From a virus: 64,000 nt of DNA. The position numbers and the translations under genes are program-made. The stretch is from IMG/VR virus record IMGVR_UViG_3300046501_000558, positions 1-64,000 of that record. One strand, given 5' to 3'. Below the pieces are notes generated by a model. It ran no database searches. It was not told the DNA's origin and was given only the letters and a program-made list of their open reading frames with translations. Positions 10,601 through 20,915 of this stretch are shown piece after piece (position 1 is the stretch's first letter; every line of letters begins with the position of its first letter).

Positions 10601-10677
10601 TTTAATTTAGTGGTCTTATTATTTAGGTTTTAAAAAAGCCCGCTTGGTCGTTATTCCATAGAGGGCTTTTATATTAA

Positions 10678-10896
10678 TTAATTTAGCTTTTCTTCTCTTG
10701 GGCCATTATATTCAAAATCATTTAATCTTTGCTGATGTTCTAAGAATTCATTTTCAGAGATTATTTCTTCACCAAATAGCGCTGATACATAACCCATAAT
10801 ATAAGCTTTAGTTGCAATAAACATTTCTGGGCTTTCATGAGGTTTCATTAGTGAAGTGAAACGTTCATTCAGGATTTGCCGCGTCATACCTTTCAT
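10678..10896 (-). CDS. Hypothetical protein
   Basis: 72-aa ORF co-oriented with neighbours. Confidence 0.5.
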   Translation of the reverse strand: MKGMTRQILNERFTSLMKPHESPEMFIATKAYIMGYVSALFGEEIISENEFLEHQQRLNDFEYNGPREEKLN

Positions 10897-10941
10897 TCAA
10901 TAGCCCTTATAAAAATACTGCTTTTAAATTAAAAATTTCAG

Positions 10942-11202
10942 TTAAATTTTACTCAACACATTAAGAGTTGATTCAAGATCAGTAACGCTAACTTCAAGCT
11001 TTTGAGCTAGTCGTATCATATTGTTATCATCTAATATTCTTAATGCTCTATGTAAAGCGGCATAGTTACTAAGTTCAGAAAATTCTTCGATTTTCTCGTC
11101 AATATAATATTGATCTAAACCAGCATCTTTAAAGCACTCTATTACTAGCTTACCAACATATTTTAGTTGTGCTTCTTTTTCCTGTATTTCAGATAAACTC
11201 AT
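10942..11202 (-). CDS. Hypothetical protein
   Basis: 86 aa with AAGGA RBS. Confidence 0.65.
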   Translation of the reverse strand: MSLSEIQEKEAQLKYVGKLVIECFKDAGLDQYYIDEKIEEFSELSNYAALHRALRILDDNNMIRLAQKLEVSVTDLESTLNVLSKI

Positions 11203-11259
11203 TTATCATTCCTTTATAAATTATCAAGTTTATGCCCAAATTGTATTTAGGGCAGGTTG

Positions 11260-11871
11260 TTATTTAGGAGTTGAAACAGCTGACGGCGTATCAGTAGGTA
11301 AATATTTCTTAGTAACATTATCTTGAGCAGATTGACCTTTATTAATAAGAATAAAAATTCCCCAAAGTAAAAAAGTAGAAGCTACAGTAATTACTGCTGC
11401 TTTACCTATTTCTTTAAGCCAAGCACCCCAGCCTTCCTCATTTATTTTTCCTAACTTAGTCATGACAGAGGTATGTTTTTTATCCAAGTCACTATCTAAT
11501 CTAGTTTGGTTTTGATTAACGGCGGTTTTAAGAGCATCTAGCTCCCTTTTCATTTCTGCATTTGCTTCTTGATCTAGTCGCGCTTCAAGGTCAGTAATTT
11601 TTTTCGCTAATGTAATATTTAAAATATCAGTAACAATAATACCTGCTTGGTCACGCAAAGCTTGTAATTGACCAGGCATCATAAAAATATCATGAAAACT
11701 ATTGATTTGTTCTTCAGTAGGGTTGCCTTGATGTTTTTCATAAAATTCAATTTTACGTTGCTTATAAATAATATAAGCAACGTTATTTACTAAATTGAAA
11801 TCGTCACCATCGAATTTTGTTAGTTCTTGATATACCCAACTATACTGCGGGTTGTTGGGTGTATTAACCAT
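11260..11871 (-). CDS. Membrane-anchored coiled-coil protein
   Basis: 203 aa, coiled coil and single C-terminal TM helix; overlaps upstream gene. Confidence 0.7.
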   Translation of the reverse strand: MVNTPNNPQYSWVYQELTKFDGDDFNLVNNVAYIIYKQRKIEFYEKHQGNPTEEQINSFHDIFMMPGQLQALRDQAGIIVTDILNITLAKKITDLEARLDQEANAEMKRELDALKTAVNQNQTRLDSDLDKKHTSVMTKLGKINEEGWGAWLKEIGKAAVITVASTFLLWGIFILINKGQSAQDNVTKKYLPTDTPSAVSTPK

Positions 11872-12247
11872 GATTTTGCTTCATTGCTCTGTCAAATGCA
11901 TAATTAACTGTATCTAAATCGATATCCACATCACGTAACACTTCAGCACCCAAGCGAGTACGGGGTTTTCCTAGATGACCCTCAACCACTGCAACTTTTG
12001 CAAGCTTAATGTAAAGCGCTGCAGCTTCCTCTGCATTAGCATATTTTTGTGATCCTAATATTTCATCAATATTAGGAGGCAAGCTAGAAGACTTTTCGAG
12101 TGCTTCCATCAATTTTGCTACATCAGAATTAATGTTTAACTCTTCAGAGGGCTTTACTAAACTTTCTAATTTTGTTCGCAAACGTTTGGTTTTGGCTTCA
12201 AGAGCATCTCGAAGTGTGAAGCCTGTTGTTTTAACAGTCATCTCCAA
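11864..12247 (-). CDS. Hypothetical protein, partner of 11260..11871
   Basis: 127 aa with GAGGA RBS; 8-bp overlap with downstream gene. Confidence 0.65.
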   Translation of the reverse strand: MEMTVKTTGFTLRDALEAKTKRLRTKLESLVKPSEELNINSDVAKLMEALEKSSSLPPNIDEILGSQKYANAEEAAALYIKLAKVAVVEGHLGKPRTRLGAEVLRDVDIDLDTVNYAFDRAMKQNHG

Positions 12248-12398
12248 ATCCTCATTTAAATATAATTAAATATGTATAACTATCTTTGATCATTATACAT
12301 GTTTGCATAATTGTAGTATGTAATGTACTACAAAAAGGGTAATTTTTAACAATAAAAAGGGATGAAGAAAACCTCATCCCTTTATGCAGGACTTACCC

Positions 12399-13529
12399 TT
12401 AAACAAAGTACGGCGCTACCACCTCGCTATATTTCGCCGTTGTGCTATATGTGAAATAGATATTTGAATCAAACTCTTGTTTAGAAATTACTTCACCCGT
12501 CAATGGGCAACCGAACTCACCCGTTTCGGGTTCTGGTTTGCAGTAATCAGCATATCGCTCTTCTGTCAGTGTTAGGTCTTCACGATACCCTTCATATGGC
12601 TCATCATCATATGCGTTGTAACGAATGCATCGAGCCAATATGTTTAGTTCGATCAACTTACCAACCATTTTATAAAAATCTTCATCAGATTGAGCGCCCA
12701 AGCAATCATAGACAATGCCAGCATTTATATGGTTGCTTCCTTCTTGTATCCGCTGAACAAATGCGGTGAAATCCAATTCAGTGACATCAATGCCTGAGAT
12801 GATCTGAAGGTTCTTAGCTGCATTTTCACTTTGAGTATTCCTCACATCCTTAATTAAGCTACGTATTCGACTCTCTTCACGCTGTAGCTCTTCTAAACGT
12901 TCATTTAAACGTTTGACAGTACTCGGTTCGCTTTTCTCTCTATTCTTCAATTTAAGCGCTGAATATCGTCTCTCATTCAGTACACTTGGCTCTACTGCTT
13001 GAAGGTTATCAAGAGTGAATTTTACCTCAGTGAATCTTCGTTCTAAATCTGCTAATAAATATCCGCTTCGGCCTGCTATCCCCATTTCTAGGGCTTCAGC
13101 GCTGGTTTTAATATAAACGCCCATCGATTGAATAGTTGCAACTAACATTTCTTGCATAAGTGGCTGATCGATCTCTTCAAGAGCTTTGACATAATCAGAC
13201 ATATAATTTTCTAACTTGTTGAAATCTACAAACGTTTGATCTTCATATGCTTTGCATGTAACTACTTGGGCATTTATCCAAGTTTTAGAGTAAGGACACC
13301 AACAATCATAAGTATATAAATAAGTTTCATTTCCTTGCTCTAATTCCTCAGCAGTACGTTCACGAAAGTTTTTACTAAATTTAGAACAATCCCAAAACTC
13401 AGCGCCGTCAGGTTTGTCGTTTAATAGCTTCTCTGCCTGAGACAAACTTAAAATTGCATTTTCACCAAATTTGAACTCAAAAATTAAACGGTATGATCCA
13501 TTATTTAATGCTTGCATAGTGTTCCCCAA
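12399..13529 (-). CDS. Phage hypothetical protein
   Basis: 376-aa ORF. Confidence 0.7.
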   Translation of the reverse strand: MGNTMQALNNGSYRLIFEFKFGENAILSLSQAEKLLNDKPDGAEFWDCSKFSKNFRERTAEELEQGNETYLYTYDCWCPYSKTWINAQVVTCKAYEDQTFVDFNKLENYMSDYVKALEEIDQPLMQEMLVATIQSMGVYIKTSAEALEMGIAGRSGYLLADLERRFTEVKFTLDNLQAVEPSVLNERRYSALKLKNREKSEPSTVKRLNERLEELQREESRIRSLIKDVRNTQSENAAKNLQIISGIDVTELDFTAFVQRIQEGSNHINAGIVYDCLGAQSDEDFYKMVGKLIELNILARCIRYNAYDDEPYEGYREDLTLTEERYADYCKPEPETGEFGCPLTGEVISKQEFDSNIYFTYSTTAKYSEVVAPYFV

Positions 13530-13977
13530 GGTTTAGGTCTTTAAATTCCTTTAAAGGTGTTACTGTCATTGTATTTTTGGAAAGGTTCTCTTTTACCCAC
13601 CGTATATATTCAGGATCCATGTTAGAAACATCAACGACAAGAATAGGCGGCTGAATGGCGTATATCGCCTTTTTAGCGAGAATATGACACATAGCTTGTC
13701 GCATATCATTCATGTAAAGATCCTCATGAGCGGCTCTTAATAAATGCTCTATAGCAACATCATTCACAGACTCACAAATTGCTCTACATTCTTCGCAATA
13801 TTGCTTGAGAGCATTAAAGTACTTTTCATCTGTTTCTTTAATTATTTCATCCTCAGGTTTGTTAAATGAATCGGGCATCCATCGTATGCCTGCGGTGTAT
13901 GAGGTGTATAAAGCTTGATGGAAATTACCCCGTCTTAAATGTTCTGAAAAGATTATTTGCTTAAATTGCTTAGACAT
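13501..13977 (-). CDS. Phage hypothetical protein
   Basis: 158-aa ORF. Confidence 0.65.
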   Translation of the reverse strand: MSKQFKQIIFSEHLRRGNFHQALYTSYTAGIRWMPDSFNKPEDEIIKETDEKYFNALKQYCEECRAICESVNDVAIEHLLRAAHEDLYMNDMRQAMCHILAKKAIYAIQPPILVVDVSNMDPEYIRWVKENLSKNTMTVTPLKEFKDLNLGEHYASIK

Positions 13978-14078
13978 AAAAACCTATGATCATATTTACA
14001 AATGTGCAAATGATCATTTATCCATTTAACAAAATGATCATTTGCACATATATTAATTACTTATTAAGTATCTGAAGT

Positions 14079-14648
14079 TTATGGAGTTGATCTATGGGTA
14101 TGATTAGCTTCAATCATTAATTCACCTACGACTTCATCAGGAGTCTCTAGGATTGCTGGAAAAACATCCTTCATATTACCTCTCCACAAGTTGTCATAAT
14201 TAAAATCAAAAACACCCATGGCCGCAATGAACATTGCCTTAACAAATGATGGTTCAATTTTTAATTCTGAAAGTTCTTTAGGTAATTGCTGATCTGTTGC
14301 TTTTACTACACGGCGATAAAATGCTTGTGCAAAGTTGTAAGTGTCTTGAACATTAGGATTCTTGATGCGATTGATTTTATCCTGTAACCGTTTACATTCA
14401 CTTCTAAGCTCTTCCACTTCATTTTGACGAATCTGCCAAGCTTGCCAAGCGCCGTTTATTCTAAAAAGCGTCTGTTCACTTACACCTCTTTTATTAATGA
14501 AGTACTTATTTTGAGTTGAATCAAAAATTAGAAAATCTAGCAAATCTACTACATACTCTTGTGCCTCAAAGGTTCGTCGACATTGTTCTTTCATGTGCTT
14601 CTCAAGAAGAGCATTAGCCAAATCATCAACACTCAAAATCGGTTTCAC
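14079..14648 (-). CDS. Phage hypothetical protein
   Basis: 189 aa with AWQAWQ motif common in phage early genes. Confidence 0.65.
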   Translation of the reverse strand: MKPILSVDDLANALLEKHMKEQCRRTFEAQEYVVDLLDFLIFDSTQNKYFINKRGVSEQTLFRINGAWQAWQIRQNEVEELRSECKRLQDKINRIKNPNVQDTYNFAQAFYRRVVKATDQQLPKELSELKIEPSFVKAMFIAAMGVFDFNYDNLWRGNMKDVFPAILETPDEVVGELMIEANHTHRSTP

Positions 14649-14890
14649 TTCATCACCCCTGTACCTTTAAATCTTCTAGTTGAAAACAAACGAAGATCTA
14701 ACTTCTTACCTAAACCTATCTCACGGCCATCAGCTTTTCTTAAACCAGTCTTACCAACAACTATTTTTCGATGTTTAGACTGCAGCTCGTAACGCGCACT
14801 TTTTCCATCAGTAATTTTTGTAAGTTGATATAAGGCGTTATCAGCAGGGTTGCGACGGACAACCACATCACCAACTCTATAATTTTCCAT
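14645..14890 (-). CDS. Small SH3-like hypothetical protein
   Basis: 81 aa starting YRVGDVV. Confidence 0.55.
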   Translation of the reverse strand: MENYRVGDVVVRRNPADNALYQLTKITDGKSARYELQSKHRKIVVGKTGLRKADGREIGLGKKLDLRLFSTRRFKGTGVMK

Positions 14891-14956
14891 TGTTTAATCT
14901 CAAATACGGCATAAATTTACTATGCAAATTTACAGGGAGAAGTAACTTTGCATATT

Positions 14957-15664
14957 TCAACAACTTGGGCTTAAATCGCAATTAAATCGCTTTGCCTTTG
15001 CTTCAGCGGTGTTTTTTATAGCCCGATCTACATTCTTGTTTAGCTCAGGGCGTGAACAACTAAAAGTTGCATCTTCATCACGCCATTCAATACGTTTTGC
15101 ATATTGTTTCAGCCATAAATAACGCTCACTATTCTTGTGAATATCGGATTCATCCAATAAAAATGAAACAGTCGTATTAAAGTGATTAGCGAGTAATTTA
15201 AGGGTATTAAGCGTCGGGTTATCTTCAGCACCAATTTCTAATCTATGAATGATTTCGTTGTTAAGACTTGTCTTTTCAGCTACTTCAGATATTGATTCAC
15301 CTTTTTTACTGCGCAATTCATACAAGTTATGGCCTAAGATGCCGCGGACAATAATGCTAATAACATTCAGCGCTATATACGGTTTGCTATGTAAACGCGT
15401 GTTATATGGATAACCATCATCAACGCCTATCCAATGACCGCAGCCGTACATACCTGCACTTTCCCAAGTCATTGCTGGCCCGTCTTTTTGTTCAGTCTCG
15501 GCAAAATAATGATAATGATTGTTTTCAGGAAATAGTTCGACAAATAAATCATTGATATCACAAGGCGGCGCGGACTCAATGACTTCACCCAAATAAACCA
15601 TTAGCTCTTGCTCTGATTCAAATACAGAACCATCTAACCCCAATTTTTCGATAATATTTTTCAT
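14957..15664 (-). CDS. XRE-family HTH domain protein
   Basis: LRSKKGESISEVAEKT...NPTLNTLKLLANHF HTH_3 pattern. Confidence 0.75.
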   Translation of the reverse strand: MKNIIEKLGLDGSVFESEQELMVYLGEVIESAPPCDINDLFVELFPENNHYHYFAETEQKDGPAMTWESAGMYGCGHWIGVDDGYPYNTRLHSKPYIALNVISIIVRGILGHNLYELRSKKGESISEVAEKTSLNNEIIHRLEIGAEDNPTLNTLKLLANHFNTTVSFLLDESDIHKNSERYLWLKQYAKRIEWRDEDATFSCSRPELNKNVDRAIKNTAEAKAKRFNCDLSPSC

Positions 15665-15783
15665 TTCTTTCTACCCTTCTTTTTTTTCTTAGCCTTTTTA
15701 CGTACTTCATTAGAAGGTTGAGTAAGTTCCCATCTGTTTTGTGGGCAATAAAAATCCCGCGCCATTTCACTAAAATTCATAGC

Positions 15784-16362
15784 TTATTCCACGCCCTGAT
15801 TAATAACTAAGTCCTGTTTCTTAGATAAGCCTTCTTTTCTAGAATGGTTCCAAACAAAAGGAAATTCGACAATCATTAAGAAAACAGTTACTACCAATAA
15901 AGCAATAAGAACTACAGGTTTCAAAACTAACGGCGCAACATGAAACATCTTGATCGAACTATTCAAATGCTTTGAAAACCATTCTTGTATAGGCTGTTTT
16001 AATTCAATAGTTTCTATTGGATAACACGCATTAAAATCACGTATAGCCTGTTTTAACATTGCTGTTTGATACTGATGTTTTGTACCTGCTATGTTTAATC
16101 TTTCACTTAAAATTCTTTGCGCTTCTCCATACCCTCCAAGGTCTTTAAGGATTGTGAGGGATAACAAAACACGCCGTAATTCGGGAACGGTAAAGCCGCC
16201 TTCTTGGGGACTGACCCAACTGCTACCAATTATTTTGAAACGAATTGAGTCAGGTAAATGAGACTTTTCAAGATTACGAAGAATTTTTTCACATTCTGGA
16301 ACGCCTTTAGTGCGAACTAATTCAAAGACACTAATCCCCACATCACTATGCATTTTCTTCAT
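15784..16362 (-). CDS. Phage hypothetical protein with C-terminal TM helix
   Basis: 192 aa; hydrophobic C-terminal segment. Confidence 0.6.
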   Translation of the reverse strand: MKKMHSDVGISVFELVRTKGVPECEKILRNLEKSHLPDSIRFKIIGSSWVSPQEGGFTVPELRRVLLSLTILKDLGGYGEAQRILSERLNIAGTKHQYQTAMLKQAIRDFNACYPIETIELKQPIQEWFSKHLNSSIKMFHVAPLVLKPVVLIALLVVTVFLMIVEFPFVWNHSRKEGLSKKQDLVINQGVE

Positions 16363-17086
16363 TTTCTTGTTCCCAAATGAATAAAGCGACCTGTAAATCG
16401 AATAGATCTACTTTTAAAACTTTGTTAATAGTGAAATTGGTACGTTCATTTACAACACCATAGATTTCCCACATTTTTTCTATCATCTCTTCATAAGAGT
16501 GAAATATCTCTCCAACTGGTTCAAAACGACCCTCTAAAGAAACCTTAATAACAACGCCATCGCCCATTGAATAGAAAGTGTCAACATTGTGGGGTTTCAT
16601 ATCCCAATATGTTCTAATCATCACAGCAGCTTGTTTAGGAGCAGATTTGAATATCTGTTTAGCACTTTCCAAGCCGCCAGCCTCTTTAATGACTGTGGCT
16701 GCAAAGGCCAATGAAATAGCAGGGACATTGATTAGATTTGGATTGGATTTATCACGGTGCTCACTAAAAGTTTTGGTTGTTTCGTCATACCAATTGTCAA
16801 TGAGCAGATTACGACTACTAAAAATAATTTCCCGAGCACGCGCATAACCAAACTGTTTTATGAATGCTGGATAATCGTAATCAGTCTCAACATTTGTGCC
16901 GCAGAATGGGCAATGTGAAATTAGTGTTTTATCGCGGCCATGTGGACCAACCGCAATTGTCAGGCGCTTCAAGTCTAGAATTTGATAGCTAAACACTTGT
17001 TCATGAAAGCCAAAACGTTGAGGCACTACAGCATCAGCCAGAGGCTCACACATATTGATCCAATTACCCGTATTAATGCAGCTCAT
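16346..17086 (-). CDS. Phage hypothetical protein (CPFCG Zn-ribbon)
   Basis: 246 aa; ISHCPFCG. Confidence 0.65.
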   Translation of the reverse strand: MSCINTGNWINMCEPLADAVVPQRFGFHEQVFSYQILDLKRLTIAVGPHGRDKTLISHCPFCGTNVETDYDYPAFIKQFGYARAREIIFSSRNLLIDNWYDETTKTFSEHRDKSNPNLINVPAISLAFAATVIKEAGGLESAKQIFKSAPKQAAVMIRTYWDMKPHNVDTFYSMGDGVVIKVSLEGRFEPVGEIFHSYEEMIEKMWEIYGVVNERTNFTINKVLKVDLFDLQVALFIWEQENEENA

Positions 17087-17676
17087 ACCACACCTTTAAG
17101 GGCATTACCCAATTCAGATAAAACAACTAGATTAGTGGTAGTACCACGCGGAATTTTAAGCCATTTGAAATCAACGAAATGACGCCAAGCATGATCATAA
17201 CGAACATATTTTTGAGTACTTAGGTCGTAATGAGTGGAAGTAATAGCCTGCTTTTCAAAAACTGTCTTAGCTTCATTTAGATCAGTAAAGCGACCTAACA
17301 ACTGCGTTTCATAAACCTTCATGCTTTCTTTCACATGATCAAGAGTGAACTCAACCCCAAAATAATTGAATTCAGAAGCCCCTTTAGTCAGACATTCGCT
17401 TAATTTTGTATAACCAAAACGATGAATCAAATACTGAATTTTTGCATTACGTGAAAGCAGCTCATAGTTTTGAATTGCGTAACGTAAATCTTGAACTCGA
17501 TATACACGGCGACCTTCTTCAGCAGAGATTTCATTCAGGCCAATAACTTGAAAATTGTCTTGTTTAAAATATTCAAAAGTCCCCATCTTTTCCAAACAAG
17601 TCAAGATCGTTGAAGCATTAACTAAATCGCCGAGTGTATCGATCAGCAAGAGGCCCGTTAAAAATCTGCGTTCCAT
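17083..17676 (-). CDS. Phage hypothetical protein
   Basis: 197 aa, coupled operon. Confidence 0.65.
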   Translation of the reverse strand: MERRFLTGLLLIDTLGDLVNASTILTCLEKMGTFEYFKQDNFQVIGLNEISAEEGRRVYRVQDLRYAIQNYELLSRNAKIQYLIHRFGYTKLSECLTKGASEFNYFGVEFTLDHVKESMKVYETQLLGRFTDLNEAKTVFEKQAITSTHYDLSTQKYVRYDHAWRHFVDFKWLKIPRGTTTNLVVLSELGNALKGVV

Positions 17677-18039
17677 TTATTTCCCCTTAATAATTAGTTC
17701 GCCACGAACACGGCGAGCTAAATACAAATGTTTTGCTAACTTAAAAACCCGCATAGGGGTATTGATATATTCAATGTCAGAAAACGAACGCGTATATCCG
17801 TAAAAAACCAAATGCAATTCGTCTTGTAAGTAAATTTGAAGCTCTTCAAAAGCTGGTGTTGTATCCCACCCTATTGCATACCACTCAACTGAACGGAACC
17901 AAAACATAAGATTTGGACCACCATCACGGGCAAAATCTTCAGGAAGGGCGTAACCCAACTTGATAAGCATTTCAGCAGCGCGAACATGCAATTTCTTTGT
18001 AATACGCGGCTTTCTTTTGTTCTTCACTTTCAATGCCAT
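17677..18039 (-). CDS. Phage hypothetical protein
   Basis: 120 aa, coupled operon. Confidence 0.6.
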   Translation of the reverse strand: MALKVKNKRKPRITKKLHVRAAEMLIKLGYALPEDFARDGGPNLMFWFRSVEWYAIGWDTTPAFEELQIYLQDELHLVFYGYTRSFSDIEYINTPMRVFKLAKHLYLARRVRGELIIKGK

Positions 18040-18041
18040 CT

Positions 18042-18518
18042 TTATGCAACCGCAGTAACACCACGGATAATATGAAGGACTGCTTCATATGCTTCACGTT
18101 GAGCCTTCCAATATTCCGTATTGTTGCTTTGTCCCATACGTAAAGCACACGTATCAATATGGCCTTTAATTTGATCCGATATTTCTTTAATAGGATTTGC
18201 GAAAGTACTGTCTGATAAGTTCAAGAGCTTCAATTCAAGCTCTAATAATTTGGCATTAACAATTAAGTAACCCGCGATTTGTAAATCACTTTTTAGATCA
18301 TAGAAATCTTTATATCGAGTAAAAGTAAAACCTGCGCCGTCCAGATAGTCTACTTTGATCTGTTTACCTGATGTGTCATAAACAATTGAGCCTGCTCGAT
18401 CTTTATGAAAAGCGACAAAAATAGATTCTGTTTTTGAATCATTTTGAATAATTTTGGATAGTGTGGTTGTAATCCGTTTTGGATCTACAAGCTCAATAAT
18501 CAATTTTGCATTAGACAT
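18042..18518 (-). CDS. Phage hypothetical protein, first gene of early operon
   Basis: Start moved to MSNAK; upstream region holds operator palindromes. Confidence 0.6.
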   Translation of the reverse strand: MSNAKLIIELVDPKRITTTLSKIIQNDSKTESIFVAFHKDRAGSIVYDTSGKQIKVDYLDGAGFTFTRYKDFYDLKSDLQIAGYLIVNAKLLELELKLLNLSDSTFANPIKEISDQIKGHIDTCALRMGQSNNTEYWKAQREAYEAVLHIIRGVTAVA

Positions 18519-18649
18519 GGGTTTGATTCTCAATAAAACCCGTGCATTATATACATTTGTGTATATTTTTAAATACAATTTATGCATTAATGTATTTTTA
18601 TGCTTAAAAAAACCCTCTAGTGATTAAACTAAAGGGTTTATTTATGCAC

Positions 18650-20686
18650 TTATGCATTATAACTAGAGCCTAAACCTCCCGTTATGACATGAGCTAAATT
18701 ACGGTCAGAAATATTTTGAGCAATCATTCCATCTTGCTTATTAATTACTACCTGCGCTTGTTGAGGTGCCGGGCTATTCACTTTTGATAATTGATTAACT
18801 TGAGGTACTTGGAGTTTTTGACCCTTTGACGCTTGTGGGCTTGGTTTTGAATTAATTATGCCTCTTTGTTCTGGTAGCGCATAAGGGACTTTCACATCAG
18901 TTCGAACGTTTTTACTTGAGATGTTTGAATTGTTTTTATCTTGTAGTTGAGCATCAATGCTATCTCGATAGTTATATTCCTTAGCAAGATGTTTTCGATA
19001 ATCGAATGATTTCCCATTTCTTAATCTCGTTTGGCCGTATGCCCACTTCACAAAACGTTTACCCATCACCCGTGCAATATCTTCCTCTGAAGCATTAGGG
19101 TTATTCTTTATATATTCTCTTACATCTGCATACTCGGGTTTTGTATCAATTTCTTGTTTCAAGTAAGCGCCTTGGGCATTTAAAGCGGCTTGACCTCTAA
19201 TAATATTACCATTGCCATCAATCAAGCCCCGTTGACTCATATAGTTGGCTAAACCCTGTCTACGCGGACCCTGCCATGAAATCATGCCCATGTTTGTACC
19301 GCCAGCTTTATCCTGGTGTTTACCAAAAAGGTACTTATCTTGATAATCATTTTCTCGACCAATCGTCGCCGTAATACCAGCGGCCCAATTTTCATTAAAC
19401 CCTGCACCTTTCATGGCATTAAATACGGCCATCTGCTTTTCTTTGGTTTTGCGACCGATAGGAGAATTAGAAGCAGCAACGTCTGTGCCTATTGCACCAC
19501 CAGAAAGGTTGTATGCTCCTTGGCTGGTTTTTTCCCATAGTGACTTCCCCCATCCCGCAATTGATTGAAATGGATGAGCCGCAAATTCTTTTGTACTTTT
19601 TCTAATTGATGAAATGGCATCGGTAAAGAGTTGACCAAAGTCGATTTTTTTCAGGTCATCAGTCCATTCACCAACTTTTTGACCAAATATACCGCCTAAA
19701 TAAACCCCCAAACCGCCGCCAGCAATAGTTCCAACTGGTCCGAAAAAAGTACCTAAGGCAGATCCTACTAATCCCCCTACAATTTCCCCAATACCTTTCC
19801 CTTTCCCGCCTGAATTTAGCGTATTCCAATCTTTAGCCAGTAACCCTCCACCAATTAAGGCACCAAGCAAAGGTAAGCGTTTAAGCACGCCACGACCTAA
19901 TTTAAGTAATCCTTTGCCTCTTCCTACACCTCCACCTAACAAACTAGATAATAGATCCGTTGGCTTTAAATGACTCTTAGCACCTCGCACCACATCAATT
20001 AACCGTTTAAGAAGCTTATTACGCTCCTTATCACTGGCTTCTTCACGGCGGTTAGATTTCGCTTGCTCATCAGGAAGTATTTCATCAGAACGTCGTTTAC
20101 GCATACGACCACGAAATAAGCCTACCGCTTTACCTGTCATTTTAGAGAAAACAGACCCGACCGGTGATACAACATCTTTTAATTCTGTTAGCGCGTCTAT
20201 TGTTGGATCATACCCATGTACATCACCATCGATACGACCAAAATTAACAATGTCTTTTACTTGGTTAATCAGGTTTCCATTGTCTTTGTTCTGCCCAATA
20301 AAACGACCTTTCTCGTCTCGTTGTCTCTCGCGTGAAGCTTGTGCCCGGTCTGAGGCGCTATTTGTTACCCGTGGTCGCTCAGAGGCATCCTGAGGTATAA
20401 CAATTGTAGTTTTGCTTTCTTTATTGCTGTCTCTTACAGGTACTCTTCGCTGTGTAGGTTCATCACTTAGCTTGTTATTATTCTCAGTGCTGTCAATCGC
20501 ATCAATGACTCTGTTTATTACTCTATTAAAGCCCTGTCGGTCACTATCTACTGCCTCTTTTAAATTACTTACTAAGACATTGAGAATGTTCTCTGTATTG
20601 TCACGTGTCTGATCAATACTCGCTGCCATTTCCTTGAATTGTTTTTCACCAACGATAAAACCTAAATCATCTGATTGAATTGCCAT
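18650..20686 (-). CDS. Tape-measure-like protein with phage tail lysozyme domain (P1 Sit-like)
   Basis: Gly-rich hydrophobic centre; AAGITATIGREN...GMISWQGPRR Phage_lysozyme2 pattern; late promoter. Confidence 0.8.
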   Translation of the reverse strand: MAIQSDDLGFIVGEKQFKEMAASIDQTRDNTENILNVLVSNLKEAVDSDRQGFNRVINRVIDAIDSTENNNKLSDEPTQRRVPVRDSNKESKTTIVIPQDASERPRVTNSASDRAQASRERQRDEKGRFIGQNKDNGNLINQVKDIVNFGRIDGDVHGYDPTIDALTELKDVVSPVGSVFSKMTGKAVGLFRGRMRKRRSDEILPDEQAKSNRREEASDKERNKLLKRLIDVVRGAKSHLKPTDLLSSLLGGGVGRGKGLLKLGRGVLKRLPLLGALIGGGLLAKDWNTLNSGGKGKGIGEIVGGLVGSALGTFFGPVGTIAGGGLGVYLGGIFGQKVGEWTDDLKKIDFGQLFTDAISSIRKSTKEFAAHPFQSIAGWGKSLWEKTSQGAYNLSGGAIGTDVAASNSPIGRKTKEKQMAVFNAMKGAGFNENWAAGITATIGRENDYQDKYLFGKHQDKAGGTNMGMISWQGPRRQGLANYMSQRGLIDGNGNIIRGQAALNAQGAYLKQEIDTKPEYADVREYIKNNPNASEEDIARVMGKRFVKWAYGQTRLRNGKSFDYRKHLAKEYNYRDSIDAQLQDKNNSNISSKNVRTDVKVPYALPEQRGIINSKPSPQASKGQKLQVPQVNQLSKVNSPAPQQAQVVINKQDGMIAQNISDRNLAHVITGGLGSSYNA

Positions 20687-20915
20687 AAATCTAGAACCAC
20701 TTTTACTGATATAGGCATTATCAGTCTTTAAAATTATGTGGCTTTTTCTAAGTTCCAGACAAAAAAAAGCCTCACTAAAAAATTGGAGTGAGGCTTACTT
20801 TAAAACGTAAATTGGATATAGCCATGACCAAATGGCTATGATGCAATTTTACTAAACTTTATATAAATATAAAACGTATTTTTTTACTTAACCCAAAGAA
20901 ATAAAACAATTTTTA

